A model generated the notes under the pieces. The model made no database searches and had not been told where the DNA came from. It saw nothing but the letters and a program-made list of their open reading frames with translations. Made by a program: the position numbers and the translations under genes. Shown here piece by piece: positions 1 to 10,962 of a stretch of DNA of 64,000 bases; positions within the stretch are counted from its first letter, which is position 1; every line of letters begins with the position of its first letter. The stretch is from Candidatus Marinacidobacterales bacterium (GTDB lineage: Bacteria; Acidobacteriota; Vicinamibacteria; Marinacidobacterales; SMYC01), in contig OZ250169.1 in assembly GCA_965237955.1 (NCBI GenBank), positions 5,920,001 to 5,984,000 of the forward strand, given 5' to 3'.

Positions 1-2
1 AA

Positions 3-2045
3 GCGCTCGAGGAAGTGCCCCAGCTCCAGGAGGCGATCGCGAGCGAGCCTGGAATCAAGAGCCTGGTCGAAGCGGCAAAACGTCTCGAAGGCGTCAGCCG
101 GCATGCGTCGACCCATGCGGCAGGGGTCGTCATCGCGCCCGAACCTCTGATGGAGTACTTGCCACTTTATCGGGGGAGCAAGGGAGAAATCACGACGCAG
201 TACGACATGCGCAGCTGCGAGGACATCGGTCTTCTCAAGATGGATTTCCTCGGCTTGCGTACGCTGACGCTGATCGACAACTGCGTGAAGATGCTCGACC
301 GCCAGTCCGGGGTCACCGTCGAGCTCGACACGCTGCCCGTCGACGATGTCAAGACATATGAGCTGTTCGCCCGCGGAGACGCGTTCGGTGTCTTTCAGTT
401 CGAGAGTGAGGGGATGCGCGACATCCTGCGGCGCTTCAAGCCGGACAAACTAAACGACCTGACCGCTCTCAATGCTCTCTATCGCCCTGGGCCGATTCGG
501 AGTGGGATGATCGACGATTTCATCAAGCGGAAGTGGGGGAAAGTTGCCGTTCGCTATGAGCTTCCCGAGCTGAAGGAGATCCTGGAAGACACGTTGGGCG
601 TCATCGTCTATCAGGAACAGGTGATGCAGATCGCCTCGAAGCTCGCCGGCTTCAGTTTGGGCGAGGCCGACATGCTCCGTCGCGCGATGGGCAAGAAGAA
701 AGCGGACGTGATGCAGGCACAGCGCGACAAGTTCATGAAAGGCGCGCTTGCGAACAAAGTTCCGGAGAAAAAGGCAGCCAAGATCTTCGACCTCATGGAG
801 CACTTCGCCGGGTACGGGTTCAACCGTTCGCACTCGGCCGCGTACGCGCTGCTCGCGTACCAAACGGCGTATTTGAAAGCGAATTATCCCGTGTTTTTCA
901 TGTCGGCGCTTCTAACGTCGGAAAGACAGAACACCGACAAAGTCGTTCAGTACTTGAACGCGTGTCGCGACATGGGGATCGACGTGTTACCGCCGGACAT
1001 AAACGAAAGCGAGCTCGACTTTGCGGTGGTGGGTGACAAGATACGTTTCGGCCTCGCGGCAGTGAAAAACGTCGGGGAGTCGGCGATCGAATCGATACTC
1101 GCAGCACGTAAGAGAGTCGGACGGTTCGAATCGCCCGCGGATCTCTGCGAAGATGTCGACCTTCGTCTCGTCAACAAGCGCGTGCTCGAAAGCCTCGTCA
1201 AATCGGGAAGCTTCGATTCGTTCGGCGCGAAGCGGGCGCAGCTCATGGCGATTGCCGACCGCGCTCTCGACTACGGCCAACAGGCTCAACGAGAGCGCGA
1301 AAGCGGGCAAGGAAGCCTCTTCGGGGACATGGGCGGTGTGCGGAGAAGTCCTGAGCTCGATCGCTTGCCTGATATTCCCGAATGGAGCGACAGCGAGGTT
1401 CTCGCATCGGAGAGAGCGACGCTAGGGTTCTTCTTGAGCGGCCACCCGTTGGACGGCTACCAGGACGAGATCGCGAGCTACACGACCTGTGATACGCGCT
1501 CGCTGCCGGACAAAGGGGAAGAGGGCGAGGTCGCCATCGCCGGCCTCATCGCGAGCATTCGAACACTGCGCACCCGAAAAGGCGATGCGATGGCCGTCTT
1601 CCGTCTCGAGGATCAACACGGCGATGCCGAAGTCGTGGTGTTTCCGGACCTCTACCGCGAAAGCTTCGGACTTCTCAGCAACGATGTGGCAGTCCTTGTT
1701 AAAGGCAAACCCGAAGCCGGAGAAGATGTCGGCAAGGTCTTGGCATCGAAGATGGTCCCCCTCGACGAGGTCAAGCAACGCGAGGCTGGCTCGATGACGG
1801 TGCGCATTCCTCTCGACTCGTTTTTCGAAGACACGCTGCCGCATTTGCGCGAGCTTCTCGAGCATCACAAAGGGGAGTGCGATCTTCGTTTCGAGCTCAT
1901 GCGCGGCGAGTATAAAGTTCTGTTCCGGCCGCATCCGTTCCTGCGCGTCGAGCCGTCGGCGGAGCTCGTCCAAAGCCTCGAAGCGATGTGCGGGGAGGGG
2001 ACGGTCGCGCTTTCGCGCCAGCGCCTCGAGGTCCTCCATCCGTAG
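3..2045 (+). CDS. dnaE: DNA polymerase III alpha subunit (5' part outside window)
   Basis: HAAGVVI, GLLKMDFLGLRTL, FAGYGFNRSHSAAY motifs and OB-fold C-terminus; frame open from window edge. Confidence 0.97.
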   Translation, partial: ALEEVPQLQEAIASEPGIKSLVEAAKRLEGVSRHASTHAAGVVIAPEPLMEYLPLYRGSKGEITTQYDMRSCEDIGLLKMDFLGLRTLTLIDNCVKMLDRQSGVTVELDTLPVDDVKTYELFARGDAFGVFQFESEGMRDILRRFKPDKLNDLTALNALYRPGPIRSGMIDDFIKRKWGKVAVRYELPELKEILEDTLGVIVYQEQVMQIASKLAGFSLGEADMLRRAMGKKKADVMQAQRDKFMKGALANKVPEKKAAKIFDLMEHFAGYGFNRSHSAAYALLAYQTAYLKANYPVFFMSALLTSERQNTDKVVQYLNACRDMGIDVLPPDINESELDFAVVGDKIRFGLAAVKNVGESAIESILAARKRVGRFESPADLCEDVDLRLVNKRVLESLVKSGSFDSFGAKRAQLMAIADRALDYGQQAQRERESGQGSLFGDMGGVRRSPELDRLPDIPEWSDSEVLASERATLGFFLSGHPLDGYQDEIASYTTCDTRSLPDKGEEGEVAIAGLIASIRTLRTRKGDAMAVFRLEDQHGDAEVVVFPDLYRESFGLLSNDVAVLVKGKPEAGEDVGKVLASKMVPLDEVKQREAGSMTVRIPLDSFFEDTLPHLRELLEHHKGECDLRFELMRGEYKVLFRPHPFLRVEPSAELVQSLEAMCGEGTVALSRQRLEVLHP

Positions 2046-2109
2046 CGAAGAAAAGACTCACCGGTACTATTGGTAGCATTTCGGGATGGAGGAGGTTGAT
2101 CTAACCTTA

Positions 2110-2149
2110 GGGTCCGGGCAAGAATGGGTAGTTATTCTTGCCCGGGCCC
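2110..2149. repeat. 40-bp palindromic element flanked by TTA direct repeats (ISAzo13-like ends only; could also act as a terminator hairpin)
   Basis: GGGTCCGGGCAAGAAT (2110-2125) and ATTCTTGCCCGGGCCC (2134-2149) are 15/16 inverted; TTA at 2107-2109 and 2150-2152. Confidence 0.6.
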
Positions 2150-2280
2150 TTAGCACACACGCTGGATGACACTTTTGGCGGGCAGGAATTGTGGAGCGGG
2201 AAGGTTTTTGGGCAGGGGCAGGGGGTGTGCGCTACGTTGTAGAGCACACTGACTGACACTTTTGCTACACTGAGCCCGTC

Positions 2281-3249
2281 ATGGCCACAGAGACCCTAGA
2301 TTTCGAAGCGCCGCTCGCTGCTCTCCAGAAGGAAATCGAATCGCTCACCGGCTATCCGGAGGACACCGGCAAAGAGCGGGAAATCGCACGGCTTCAAACG
2401 AAGCTCGATGCGATGCGGCGCGAGATCTACGCGAAGCTGACGCCGTGGCAGAGAGTGCAAGTTGCCCGGCATTCGCAACGCCCGTATGCGCTCGATTTCA
2501 TCGAGCATCTGTTCACGGATTACCTCGAGATCAAAGGGGATCGCCGCTTCGGCGAAGACCCGGCCGTTGTTTCCGGCATGGCTTGGTTCCACGACGAGCC
2601 CGTCGTCGTCATCGGCCACCAAAAGGGCCGTGACACGAAGCAAAAGATTCGCCGGAACTTCGGGATGGCACGACCGGAAGGCTATCGAAAGGCTTTGCGG
2701 GTGATGAAGATGGCGGAAAAGTTCTCGCGGCCGATCTTCTGCTTCGTCGACACACCGGGCGCTTATCCCGGCATTGACGCGGAAGAGCGCGGGCAAGCGG
2801 AGGCGATCGCCGTGAACATCCGTGAAATGGCACGCATCAGAGTTCCCATCATCGTGACCATCACCGGCGAGGGGGGGAGCGGCGGTGCCCTCGCGATCGC
2901 CGTAGGCGACGAGATCCTCATGATGGAGCACGCCATATACTCGGTAATCTCACCGGAAGGTTGTGCGGCGATCTTGTGGAAGGACGCGGGTCGTGCCAAG
3001 GAAGCGGCCGACGGGCTGCGACTGACCGCACCGGATCTTCTCGAGCTCGGGCTGGTGGATCGCATCGTGCCTGAGCCGGTCGGCGGGGCTCATACCGCGC
3101 ATCAACCGGCCGCCCAAATGCTCAACAAGTATCTCGTCGAAGCGCTCGAGCGTTCGCTACGCCTGAGTCCCGAAGAGCGTGTACGGGCGCGCTACGACAA
3201 ATTTCGCCGCATGGGAGAGGTAGGTCTCGATACGACCGACGCATCATGA
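2281..3249 (+). CDS. accA: Acetyl-CoA carboxylase carboxyltransferase alpha subunit
   Basis: GHQKGRDTK, FGMARPEGYRKALR, DTPGAYPG, GEGGSGGALA motifs. Confidence 0.97.
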   Translation: MATETLDFEAPLAALQKEIESLTGYPEDTGKEREIARLQTKLDAMRREIYAKLTPWQRVQVARHSQRPYALDFIEHLFTDYLEIKGDRRFGEDPAVVSGMAWFHDEPVVVIGHQKGRDTKQKIRRNFGMARPEGYRKALRVMKMAEKFSRPIFCFVDTPGAYPGIDAEERGQAEAIAVNIREMARIRVPIIVTITGEGGSGGALAIAVGDEILMMEHAIYSVISPEGCAAILWKDAGRAKEAADGLRLTAPDLLELGLVDRIVPEPVGGAHTAHQPAAQMLNKYLVEALERSLRLSPEERVRARYDKFRRMGEVGLDTTDAS

Positions 3250-5261
3250 ACGTCGGACAGATACGCTTCGTCAAGCGCGCTCTGTTTGCGCTCTTTCTCG
3301 GTTGCGGTGCGTACGTTGGCTACCACCTGTGGGAGGGCGTGCGCAGTCGCGGGCGGTCGAGTACCGACGTTGTCGAAAAACCGGAGAACCCGACCTCGCG
3401 TGGAGTCGAGCTCGAGCAGCTCGATTCCGAAGGGCGCACCGCTTGGACCCTGACGGCGGCGGAAAGTGTTGGGCGCACCGAATCCGGACAGCAATTCCGG
3501 GACGTCGAGATCCGGTTCAACGCCGGCGAAGACGAAACCCCGATCGTGGTCACCGCTGACGCCTGTGAGATTGGTGCGAACCGCACGGTCCATTTGGAAG
3601 GAAACGTCGTCGTCCACGACGACACCACGGTCCGCCTCGAGGCGAATACCCTCGAGTTCGGGCGGTTTCCGGATCGCGTGTGGAGCACCGAGCCGGTTCA
3701 GTACGAAAAAAAGGGCCTCACCGGCGAGGCCGGCAGCATGCACTACGTCATCAAGCGCGGCGAGCTCGATTTCGGCGACGGCGTCCGGATGACGCTTCAG
3801 GAAGATGGCGCGGCGCCGGTGCGCATCGTAAGCGACATCGCACACATGCGGCGGAACCTTCACTGGGTCCAATACGTCGACGATGTCCGGGTTCGTCAGG
3901 AGAACCGGACCCTGCACGCGAATGACCTCCAACTGTTTCTCGACGACGAGAACCAGGAAATCACGCGAGTCGAAGCCTACGAGAACGTCGAGCTGCGGAT
4001 GTGGGTGACGGCGGATGCTTCCGGCGACGAGTCGGAAGACTCCGAGCGCGTGTTCACTTCAGAGCCTGGGTTGAAACGGCTGGTGACTGACAGGCTCGAG
4101 ATGCTGTTTCGTCCCGGCGGCGAGAATCTCGAGCGCGTCCGTGCCCGTGAAGGCGGGACATTGATCATGCGGCTGCCGCGGAATGCGGTAGAGGGGTACG
4201 ACAAGCGTCTCGAAGGAAACACGCTCGCGTTCGACTTCAACGAGGACGGGCAGCTCACGACTCTCCGGGGACGGGGCGGCGTCAAGCTCATCCTGACCCC
4301 ACGAGACCCCGACGGCGGTGACAGGAAAATCGTGACCGCGCGTCAGCTCGAGAGCGACTTCGACCCCGAGACGGGGGAGCTCATCGAAGCCCGGTGCGTG
4401 CGCTCGGTCGAATTCGTGCACGGCAACGTGCGCGCTACGTCGGATCGGGGCGTGCTCCGTTCTTCCGATTCGCTTCTAACCCTCACCGGAACTCCCCGCC
4501 TGTGGGACCCCCGTGCCAACCTCGAAGCCGAGAGGATCGAGATGAACATCGCGCGCGGCGACGTCGAGGGCTACGGCGACGTGCGCTCGTCGTCTCTCGA
4601 CGACTCTGGCGGAGCGGCCCTGTTCCCGTCAGCGAAAAACGAGCCGGTGTACTTCGTCGCGGATCATCTCGCTTACGACCGTGGTGAAGACATCGCGGTG
4701 TACACGGGCTCTGCGCGCGGATTTCAGGGGCGGAATCGGGTCGAGGCAGAAACGATCCAAATCTACCAGCGGGAAGGCGATTTGATCGCCGGTGGTGGTG
4801 TGCGCACCGTGTTCTTGCAAAAACTCGTCGAAGACGATACCTCGGGCGAGCTGGCGCCGAAACCGACGGTGACGCGCGCGGCGACGCTTCACTATCGCGC
4901 GGCCCGGGAAGTCCTCGAGTACCGAGAAGACGTTCACATGCGCTCCGAGGACATGACGCTTCACGGTGCGAGCATCGATGTGACCCTCGTGAGCGGTGGG
5001 GGAGGCGTTCGCGAAATCTACGCCGAAGGTGGTGTCGAGATCGAGACGGTCGACGGCAAGGCGGCCGGCGAACATGCAAAATACTTGCCGGAAGACAGAA
5101 GCATGACCATAACTGGAGAGAACGCGTGGCTCGAAAATGCCGGTAAACTCACGGAAGGCAAGCAATTGACATTTTTTCTCAGCGATGATAGGATTTTCGT
5201 CGACGGTCAGGAGCAACACCGGACCAAGACAACGTATTCTTCGAGTCCTCGCCCTTTCTGA
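3246..5261 (+). CDS. LptC/LptA(OstA)-like multi-domain LPS export protein
   Basis: N-terminal TM anchor, repeated beta-jellyroll-type segments, directly upstream of lptB. Confidence 0.8.
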   Translation: MNVGQIRFVKRALFALFLGCGAYVGYHLWEGVRSRGRSSTDVVEKPENPTSRGVELEQLDSEGRTAWTLTAAESVGRTESGQQFRDVEIRFNAGEDETPIVVTADACEIGANRTVHLEGNVVVHDDTTVRLEANTLEFGRFPDRVWSTEPVQYEKKGLTGEAGSMHYVIKRGELDFGDGVRMTLQEDGAAPVRIVSDIAHMRRNLHWVQYVDDVRVRQENRTLHANDLQLFLDDENQEITRVEAYENVELRMWVTADASGDESEDSERVFTSEPGLKRLVTDRLEMLFRPGGENLERVRAREGGTLIMRLPRNAVEGYDKRLEGNTLAFDFNEDGQLTTLRGRGGVKLILTPRDPDGGDRKIVTARQLESDFDPETGELIEARCVRSVEFVHGNVRATSDRGVLRSSDSLLTLTGTPRLWDPRANLEAERIEMNIARGDVEGYGDVRSSSLDDSGGAALFPSAKNEPVYFVADHLAYDRGEDIAVYTGSARGFQGRNRVEAETIQIYQREGDLIAGGGVRTVFLQKLVEDDTSGELAPKPTVTRAATLHYRAAREVLEYREDVHMRSEDMTLHGASIDVTLVSGGGGVREIYAEGGVEIETVDGKAAGEHAKYLPEDRSMTITGENAWLENAGKLTEGKQLTFFLSDDRIFVDGQEQHRTKTTYSSSPRPF

Positions 5262-5986
5262 TGCAGGTTCTGCGGGGCCGGTCGCTCGCCAAGTCCTTTC
5301 GCAAGAAAAAGGTGGTCGACAATGTCAATGTCGAAGTGTGCGCGGGCGAGGTCGTGGGGTTGCTCGGACCGAACGGCGCCGGTAAGACCACGACGTTTCA
5401 TATGGTTGTTGGGTTGACGGAGCCCGATGCGGGCAGCGTTTTCCTGAACGAGCAAGAAATTACGTCGCATCCGATGTACCTACGGGCACGGAGCGGCATT
5501 AGTTATCTGCCGCAGGAGCCGTCGATTTTTCGAAAGCTGACGGTCGAAGAGAACGTACTAGCGATTCTAGAGACGCTTCCGTTGAAGCCGGACGAAAAGC
5601 GGCGGAGGCTTAACGAAGTTCTGGAGGAGCTTGGACTTGCTGACAAAGCTCGTTCTCGAGGCTACACCCTCTCTGGGGGCGAGCGCCGTCGCGCGGAAAT
5701 CACCCGAGCCCTCGTCACCTCTCCCTCCTTTATGCTCCTCGACGAGCCGTTCGCGGGCATCGATCCCATCGCGGTCGGCGACATCCAACGAATCATCCAA
5801 CACCTCAAAAACAGAGGGATCGGCATCCTCATCACGGATCACAGCGTCCGAGAAACACTCAAGATCACGGATAGAGCTTATATAATGAACGATGGGAAGA
5901 TTCTCTGCTCGGGTACGCCCGAGGAGCTCGCGGATAACGAAGTCGTCCGCCGTGTTTACTTTGGAGAAGACTTCAAGCTGGATTGA
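5261..5986 (+). CDS. lptB: LPS export ABC transporter ATP-binding protein
   Basis: [55 protein letters not shown]. Confidence 0.96.
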   Translation: MQVLRGRSLAKSFRKKKVVDNVNVEVCAGEVVGLLGPNGAGKTTTFHMVVGLTEPDAGSVFLNEQEITSHPMYLRARSGISYLPQEPSIFRKLTVEENVLAILETLPLKPDEKRRRLNEVLEELGLADKARSRGYTLSGGERRRAEITRALVTSPSFMLLDEPFAGIDPIAVGDIQRIIQHLKNRGIGILITDHSVRETLKITDRAYIMNDGKILCSGTPEELADNEVVRRVYFGEDFKLD

Positions 5987-6026
5987 TTCTCGAAGAGACT
6001 ACCAACAGGATTGTGACGGATACAAT

Positions 6027-7215
6027 CTAGTCCCATGGAACAGAAAAAGCTAGACAACACCGGCCCTTCTGTGATCTGCTAAATGCATGAAACACAAGGG
6101 CCGGCGAAAAGCCGAATTGAAGCTGTCGTCTCAAGAAAGCGAAGCGCTGACGCGACTGGCGCGACGCAGCCGTAGTTCGCCGCACCAAGCCTTCCGAGCG
6201 AAGATCGTGCTGGATTGCGCGGCGGGTCTGACGAATATGGAAGTTGCTAGGAAGATGCACACCATGAGGAGCACGGTGGGCAAGTGGCGAAGACGCTTTG
6301 TAGAACAACGAATGGAAGGGTTGTACGACGAACCTCGGCCGGGAGCGGCTCGCAAAATCGGCGATGACCAGATCGAGGAAGTCGTGACCAAGACGCTGGA
6401 GACGACTCCAAAGGGGAGAACCCATTGGAGTACGCGCTCGATGGCCAAGCATCTTGGGCTGAGTCATTCGACGATTGGACGTATTTGGCGAACGTTCGGG
6501 CTTCAACCGCACCGCTCGGAATCGTTTCGTCTCTCGCAAGACCCACAACTGGTCGAAAAAGTACGCGACGTTGTTGGCCTGTATATGAACCCACCGGATA
6601 ACGCGGTCGTCCTGTGCGTCGACGAGAAATCGCAGATTCAAGCGCTCGAGCGTGCTCAACCTGTCCTGCCCATGAGCTTGGGCCAGCCCGAGCGACAAAC
6701 CCACGACTACATTCGGCATGGAACGACTGACCTGTTTGCCGCACTCGACGCCGCAACAGGTGAAGTCTTCGGAAAGTGCTACGCGCGACATCGAGCGCTA
6801 GAGTTCAAGAAGTTCCTCGCTGAGATCGAAGCAGCCGTTCCCAGCGAGTTGGACATCCACGTCGTGCTCGACAATCTCGCCACGCACAAGACACCGGCGA
6901 TCAAACGCTGGCTTTCCAAGCGACCTCGGTTCCACTTTCACTTCACACCGACACACGCCTCTTGGCTCAACTTCGCTGAGCGCTTCTTTGGCTTGCTCAC
7001 CGAACACGCCTTGCGACGAGGCTCGCACACGAGCGTGCCTCAGCTCCGCGTTGCGATACAAGACTATCTCGATGCTCACAACGAGAACCCAAAGCCGTTC
7101 AAGTGGACGAAATCCGCCGACCAAATCCTCGAAACCATCGCTCGGTTCGCCCAGCGAACGCTCGATACACATGGCAAATCGAATTTGGACAGTAATTAAA
7201 GATCCAGGGGACTAG
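6027..7215 (+). mobile_element. IS630-family element, copy 1 (coordinates include flanking CTAG)
   Basis: Ends CTAGTCCCATGGAAC ... GATCCAGGGGACTAG (imperfect IR), CTAG at both ends; matches copy 2. Confidence 0.95.
6087..7199 (+). CDS. IS630-family transposase
   Basis: HTH region, [35 protein letters not shown] motifs. Confidence 0.95.
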   Translation: MKHKGRRKAELKLSSQESEALTRLARRSRSSPHQAFRAKIVLDCAAGLTNMEVARKMHTMRSTVGKWRRRFVEQRMEGLYDEPRPGAARKIGDDQIEEVVTKTLETTPKGRTHWSTRSMAKHLGLSHSTIGRIWRTFGLQPHRSESFRLSQDPQLVEKVRDVVGLYMNPPDNAVVLCVDEKSQIQALERAQPVLPMSLGQPERQTHDYIRHGTTDLFAALDAATGEVFGKCYARHRALEFKKFLAEIEAAVPSELDIHVVLDNLATHKTPAIKRWLSKRPRFHFHFTPTHASWLNFAERFFGLLTEHALRRGSHTSVPQLRVAIQDYLDAHNENPKPFKWTKSADQILETIARFAQRTLDTHGKSNLDSN

Positions 7216-7221
7216 AGCGCC

Positions 7222-8751
7222 GTGCAACAGAAGCTAACACTTCAAACCAAACTCCAGCAGAAGCTCATCCTCACGCCGTCGCTTCAGCAGGCGATCAAGC
7301 TCCTTCCCATGTCCACGCTCGAGCTCGCGGACATGCTGCAGCAGGAGATCACCGAGAACCCCCTGCTTGAGGAAGAGCTCGAGCGCGAGCGGTCGGAAAC
7401 GCCGGAATCCTCTGACGCACCGACGGAAGGGTCCGAAGGGTCCGAAGAGAGCTCCACCGCCGAAGCCACAAGTGAGGCACAAAGCGTTGAATATGCACCC
7501 AAACCCGAGCCGGAACCGGAACCGGAACCGAAGTCCGACGACTCCCTGAACGAGATCGATTTCGAGTCGTTCTTCAGCGACTACCTCGATGAGGGCTATC
7601 GTCCGCGAACCAGCTACGAAGTTCCCGAGCATCCGCCGATCGAGAACACCCTTTCGGCAACGGCATCGTTGGCCGATCATCTCGACTGGCAGCTCCGGAT
7701 GACGACGATGGACGACAAGTCGCGAGAGATCGGTGAGGCGATCATCGGCAATATCGATGAGCACGGCTACCTCCAAGCCTCCATCGAAGAGCTTTGCGGG
7801 ATGGGCCAATATTCACCAGACGACGTGGCAGGCGCGCTCGCTATCGTTCAAGGATTCGATCCCGTCGGCGTGGGCGCGCGCGATCTGAAAGAGTGCTTGC
7901 TCTTGCAGATCGCCAAGTTGGAGCTCGGCGAAACGCCTCTCGATGCCATGGTGTCGAATCACTTGGATCACCTTCAGAACCATCGCTTCAACGAGATCGC
8001 CAAAGCGATGAAACTCCCTCTGGAGGAAGTCATTCATCACTGCGAGATCATTCGCCGACTGGATCCTCAGCCGGGATCGAAGTTCGTCACCGAGAAAAGC
8101 CATTACGTCACTCCCGACGTCTACGTCGTCAAAGTGGACGGCAAGTACGAAATCGTACTCAACGAGGACCGGCTACCTCAGCTTCGTATCAGCTCCGTGT
8201 ATCAGCGCATGCTCGAGAACAAATCCGACGAGAACCAGGCGACACGAGAGTACGTCAAAGACAAGCTGAGAAGCGCCCTGTGGCTTATCAAGTCGGTGGA
8301 CCAGCGCCAAAAAACAATTTACAAAGTCGCGAACAGCATCGTACGCCAACAGCAGGAGTTTCTCGACGACGGCGTCGAGCACTTGAGGCCCCTGGTGTTG
8401 CGCGACGTGGCCATCGATATCGGGATGCACGAATCGACCGTATCCCGCGTGGTCGCCAACAAGTACATCCACACACCCCAGGGCGTGTGCCAAATGAAGT
8501 ACTTCTTTCATAGCGGTATTGCGAGCATAGGCGGGGATCATGTCTCGTCGGTTACGATCAAACAGCGCATCAAGAAAATCGTGGAAGAGGAGAACCCCAA
8601 GAAACCTCTCTCCGATTCCAAAATCGTCAGAATCCTCGAAGATGAAGGGCTCGTTCTCGCTCGACGCACGATCGCGAAATATCGGGAAGAGCTGCGAATC
8701 CCCCCCTCGAATCAGCGGAAAAATCTCTACAGCAGCCCCTTCGCCTCGTGA
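7222..8751 (+). CDS. rpoN: RNA polymerase sigma-54 factor
   Basis: Q/L-rich region I (LTPSLQQAIKLL), HESTVSR HTH, RpoN box ARRTIAKYR. Confidence 0.97.
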   Translation: MQQKLTLQTKLQQKLILTPSLQQAIKLLPMSTLELADMLQQEITENPLLEEELERERSETPESSDAPTEGSEGSEESSTAEATSEAQSVEYAPKPEPEPEPEPKSDDSLNEIDFESFFSDYLDEGYRPRTSYEVPEHPPIENTLSATASLADHLDWQLRMTTMDDKSREIGEAIIGNIDEHGYLQASIEELCGMGQYSPDDVAGALAIVQGFDPVGVGARDLKECLLLQIAKLELGETPLDAMVSNHLDHLQNHRFNEIAKAMKLPLEEVIHHCEIIRRLDPQPGSKFVTEKSHYVTPDVYVVKVDGKYEIVLNEDRLPQLRISSVYQRMLENKSDENQATREYVKDKLRSALWLIKSVDQRQKTIYKVANSIVRQQQEFLDDGVEHLRPLVLRDVAIDIGMHESTVSRVVANKYIHTPQGVCQMKYFFHSGIASIGGDHVSSVTIKQRIKKIVEEENPKKPLSDSKIVRILEDEGLVLARRTIAKYREELRIPPSNQRKNLYSSPFAS

Positions 8752-8814
8752 ACGGCCCCGTCGCCGCGCGCGGTCACGTTATCCTCTCCTTCTTTCTTAC
8801 CCTTGGAGTGTGAC

Positions 8815-9360
8815 ATGTTGATTCAGATCACTGCTCGACACGTCGAGGTGCCTGCGAAACTCAAGTTGTACATCGAGTCCAGGGTGGAGAAACTCGATAA
8901 GTTCATCGACGGTATTACCGACGTTCACGTAACACTCTCAGCCGAGAAGTATCGACAGATCGCGGAGCTGAATGTCCACAGTCGTGGCAACGTTTACCTT
9001 TCGGCGACCGAGGCCTCGGAAGATTTGAAGTCCTCCGTGAGTCAAGCCATCGAGAAGATCGAAGGTCAAGCGAAGAAACATCGTGCGAAGAAGATCGACA
9101 AGAAACGCCGACGGACGAGCCGTGTCGATGGCGAGGGCACCTTCAACGTGATTGCCAGCGAACCCGGGGTGAATGCCGGCGTGACACAGGTGATCGAGAG
9201 TAGGCGGTTCGTGATCAAGCCGCTTACCGTCGAAGAGGCGGTGATGGAGATTGAAGAAGAGCGTGCCGAATTTCTCGTTTTCCGTAATGCGGCGAGCTCT
9301 CGCACCAACGTTCTTTATCGGCGACCGGACGGCAATTTCGGTCTAATCGATCCTGAGTAG
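8815..9360 (+). CDS. hpf: Ribosome hibernation promoting factor (long HPF)
   Basis: IQITARHVEV N-terminus, C-terminal KPLTVEEAV...NVLYRRPDGNFGLI; follows rpoN. Confidence 0.92.
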   Translation: MLIQITARHVEVPAKLKLYIESRVEKLDKFIDGITDVHVTLSAEKYRQIAELNVHSRGNVYLSATEASEDLKSSVSQAIEKIEGQAKKHRAKKIDKKRRRTSRVDGEGTFNVIASEPGVNAGVTQVIESRRFVIKPLTVEEAVMEIEEERAEFLVFRNAASSRTNVLYRRPDGNFGLIDPE

Positions 9361-9377
9361 GCCGGAGTAAGTCCATC

Positions 9378-10256
9378 ATGACGAAACTCGAAGGCGCGCG
9401 ATTCGTCTTCATCACCGGCCTGTCGGGCTCCGGAAAAACCCTTGCGATGAAAGCGTTGGAAGATGCGGTTTTTTTCTGTATCGACAACCTTCCGGTTAAG
9501 CTCATCCTTCCGTTCGGCGAGCTCACCGCGAAGGGTGGTGAAAATATCGACCGTGTTGCCATCGTCACCGATATTCGAGAGCGCCACTTCGTGAAAGAGT
9601 TTCCCGAAGTCCATCAACGGCTTCAGGAACGAGGTTTCTCCACCACCGTCATGTTCCTGTTAGCGCGGAACGACGTCCTGGTGCGTCGTTTCAGCGAAAG
9701 CCGCCGCCCTCACCCGCTGCAAGCCGAAGGCAGCTCGCTCGAAGAAGCGGTGAAGGCGGAGGAGCGGGAGCTCGCGCCGATCCGGAGACTCGCGGACCGC
9801 GTTCTCGACACGTCGGACTTGACGGTGCACGAGCTCCGCCGCCACGTTCTCGAGAGTTTCGTCGAGAGCGAGCGCAGTCACGGGCCAGCGATCCACGTCG
9901 TCTCGTTCGGTTACAAGTTCGGTGTGCCGACCGGCGCTGATCTCGTGTTTGACGTACGTTTCTTGCCCAATCCATACTTCGAAGCTGGTCTGAGGGAGAA
10001 GGACGGCAACGATCCCGAAGTCGAAGCCTTCCTGTTCGCACATGAACAGACTGAGGAGCTTCTCGACCGGCTCGAAGCTTTTCTCGGCTACCTGTTGCCG
10101 CAATACGCGAACGAGGGTAAAAGCAATCTCACGATTGCGATCGGGTGCACCGGCGGCAAACATCGGTCGGTTGCGATGTCCAATCACATCGGGGAGAGGC
10201 TTCGTGCGAACCACGATCGCGTACGCGTGTCCCATCGAGACATGGAGAACGACTGA
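9378..10256 (+). CDS. rapZ: RNase adapter RapZ (YvcJ family P-loop protein)
   Basis: ITGLSGSGKT, SFGYKFGVP, DVRFLPNP, GCTGGKHRSV. Confidence 0.95.
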   Translation: MTKLEGARFVFITGLSGSGKTLAMKALEDAVFFCIDNLPVKLILPFGELTAKGGENIDRVAIVTDIRERHFVKEFPEVHQRLQERGFSTTVMFLLARNDVLVRRFSESRRPHPLQAEGSSLEEAVKAEERELAPIRRLADRVLDTSDLTVHELRRHVLESFVESERSHGPAIHVVSFGYKFGVPTGADLVFDVRFLPNPYFEAGLREKDGNDPEVEAFLFAHEQTEELLDRLEAFLGYLLPQYANEGKSNLTIAIGCTGGKHRSVAMSNHIGERLRANHDRVRVSHRDMEND

Positions 10257-10694
10257 GTGATCGGTATCGTCGTTGTTACCCATGGTCAACTGGCTCGGGA
10301 GCTTGTCGCTGCCGCAGAGATGATCGTAGGAGAGATTCCGAACGTCACCGCTGTCTCCATCGGGTGGCACGAGAGCCCTGACGACGCCCAGCGGGAGATC
10401 GCTGACGCTATCGGCCGGGCGGAGTCGGGTAAAGGCACGGTGGTGCTCACGGATATGTTCGGGGGCACGCCGTCGAACCTGAGCATGACGTTCCTAGAGA
10501 AAGGGCGCGTCGAAGTCGTCACCGGCGTGAATCTTCCGATCTTGATCCGCCTCGCCAGCCTCCGCGAAGAAGAAGAGGGCGACGACCTTCTCGAGCTTGC
10601 CACCGAAGCGGCACGCGAAGGCAAAGACAGCATTTACTTGGCCGGGAATTTGCTCGCTCGCAAGGAGGACACGAAGGAGGACAAAGGTGGTTGA
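10257..10694 (+). CDS. PTS mannose/fructose-type EIIA component
   Basis: IVVVTHGQLA, TDMFGGTPSN, VTGVNLP. Confidence 0.92.
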   Translation: MIGIVVVTHGQLARELVAAAEMIVGEIPNVTAVSIGWHESPDDAQREIADAIGRAESGKGTVVLTDMFGGTPSNLSMTFLEKGRVEVVTGVNLPILIRLASLREEEEGDDLLELATEAAREGKDSIYLAGNLLARKEDTKEDKGG

Positions 10695-10962
10695 GGGTCG
10701 TGTCGAGATCAGCAACGTCTTAGGCCTTCACGCCAGAGCGGCTGCTCGGTTCGTTCGTACCGCCACCAAGTACCGCGCCAGCGTCACGGTCTCGAAGGAC
10801 GGTACAACGACGGACGGAAAGAGCATCCTCGGAATCCTGTTTCTCGCCGCCGCAATAGGCAGCGAGATCACTATCGCCGCCGACGGGGAAGACGAGAACG
10901 AGGCACTGAAGGCGCTCGTGGAACTGGTTGCCGACGGGCTGGGTGAAAAGGATCAGGTTTGA
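10687..10962 (+). CDS. ptsH: Phosphocarrier protein HPr
   Basis: GLHARAA (His15 motif) and GKSILGIL (Ser46 motif); GTG start at 10687 inside the 10597 ORF. Confidence 0.93.
   Translation: MVEGRVEISNVLGLHARAAARFVRTATKYRASVTVSKDGTTTDGKSILGILFLAAAIGSEITIAADGEDENEALKALVELVADGLGEKDQV

Noticed and set aside
2153-2265. Repeated TGACACTTTT motif as an att site or operator upstream of accA
   Set aside because: Only a 10-bp match, with no integrase or tRNA nearby; insufficient support
6027-7215. RNA-guided (TnpB/IscB-type) cargo in the IS630 copies
   Set aside because: The element is filled by the transposase ORF, leaving no room for a nuclease or guide RNA
7501-7530. PEPEPE-coding tandem repeats in rpoN and in the TolA-like gene (~47440-47465)
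   Set aside because: Ordinary low-complexity linkers
9360-9378. Absence of hprK/ptsN between hpf and rapZ
   Set aside because: This operon is known to vary in content, there is no scar here, and the genes may lie elsewhere
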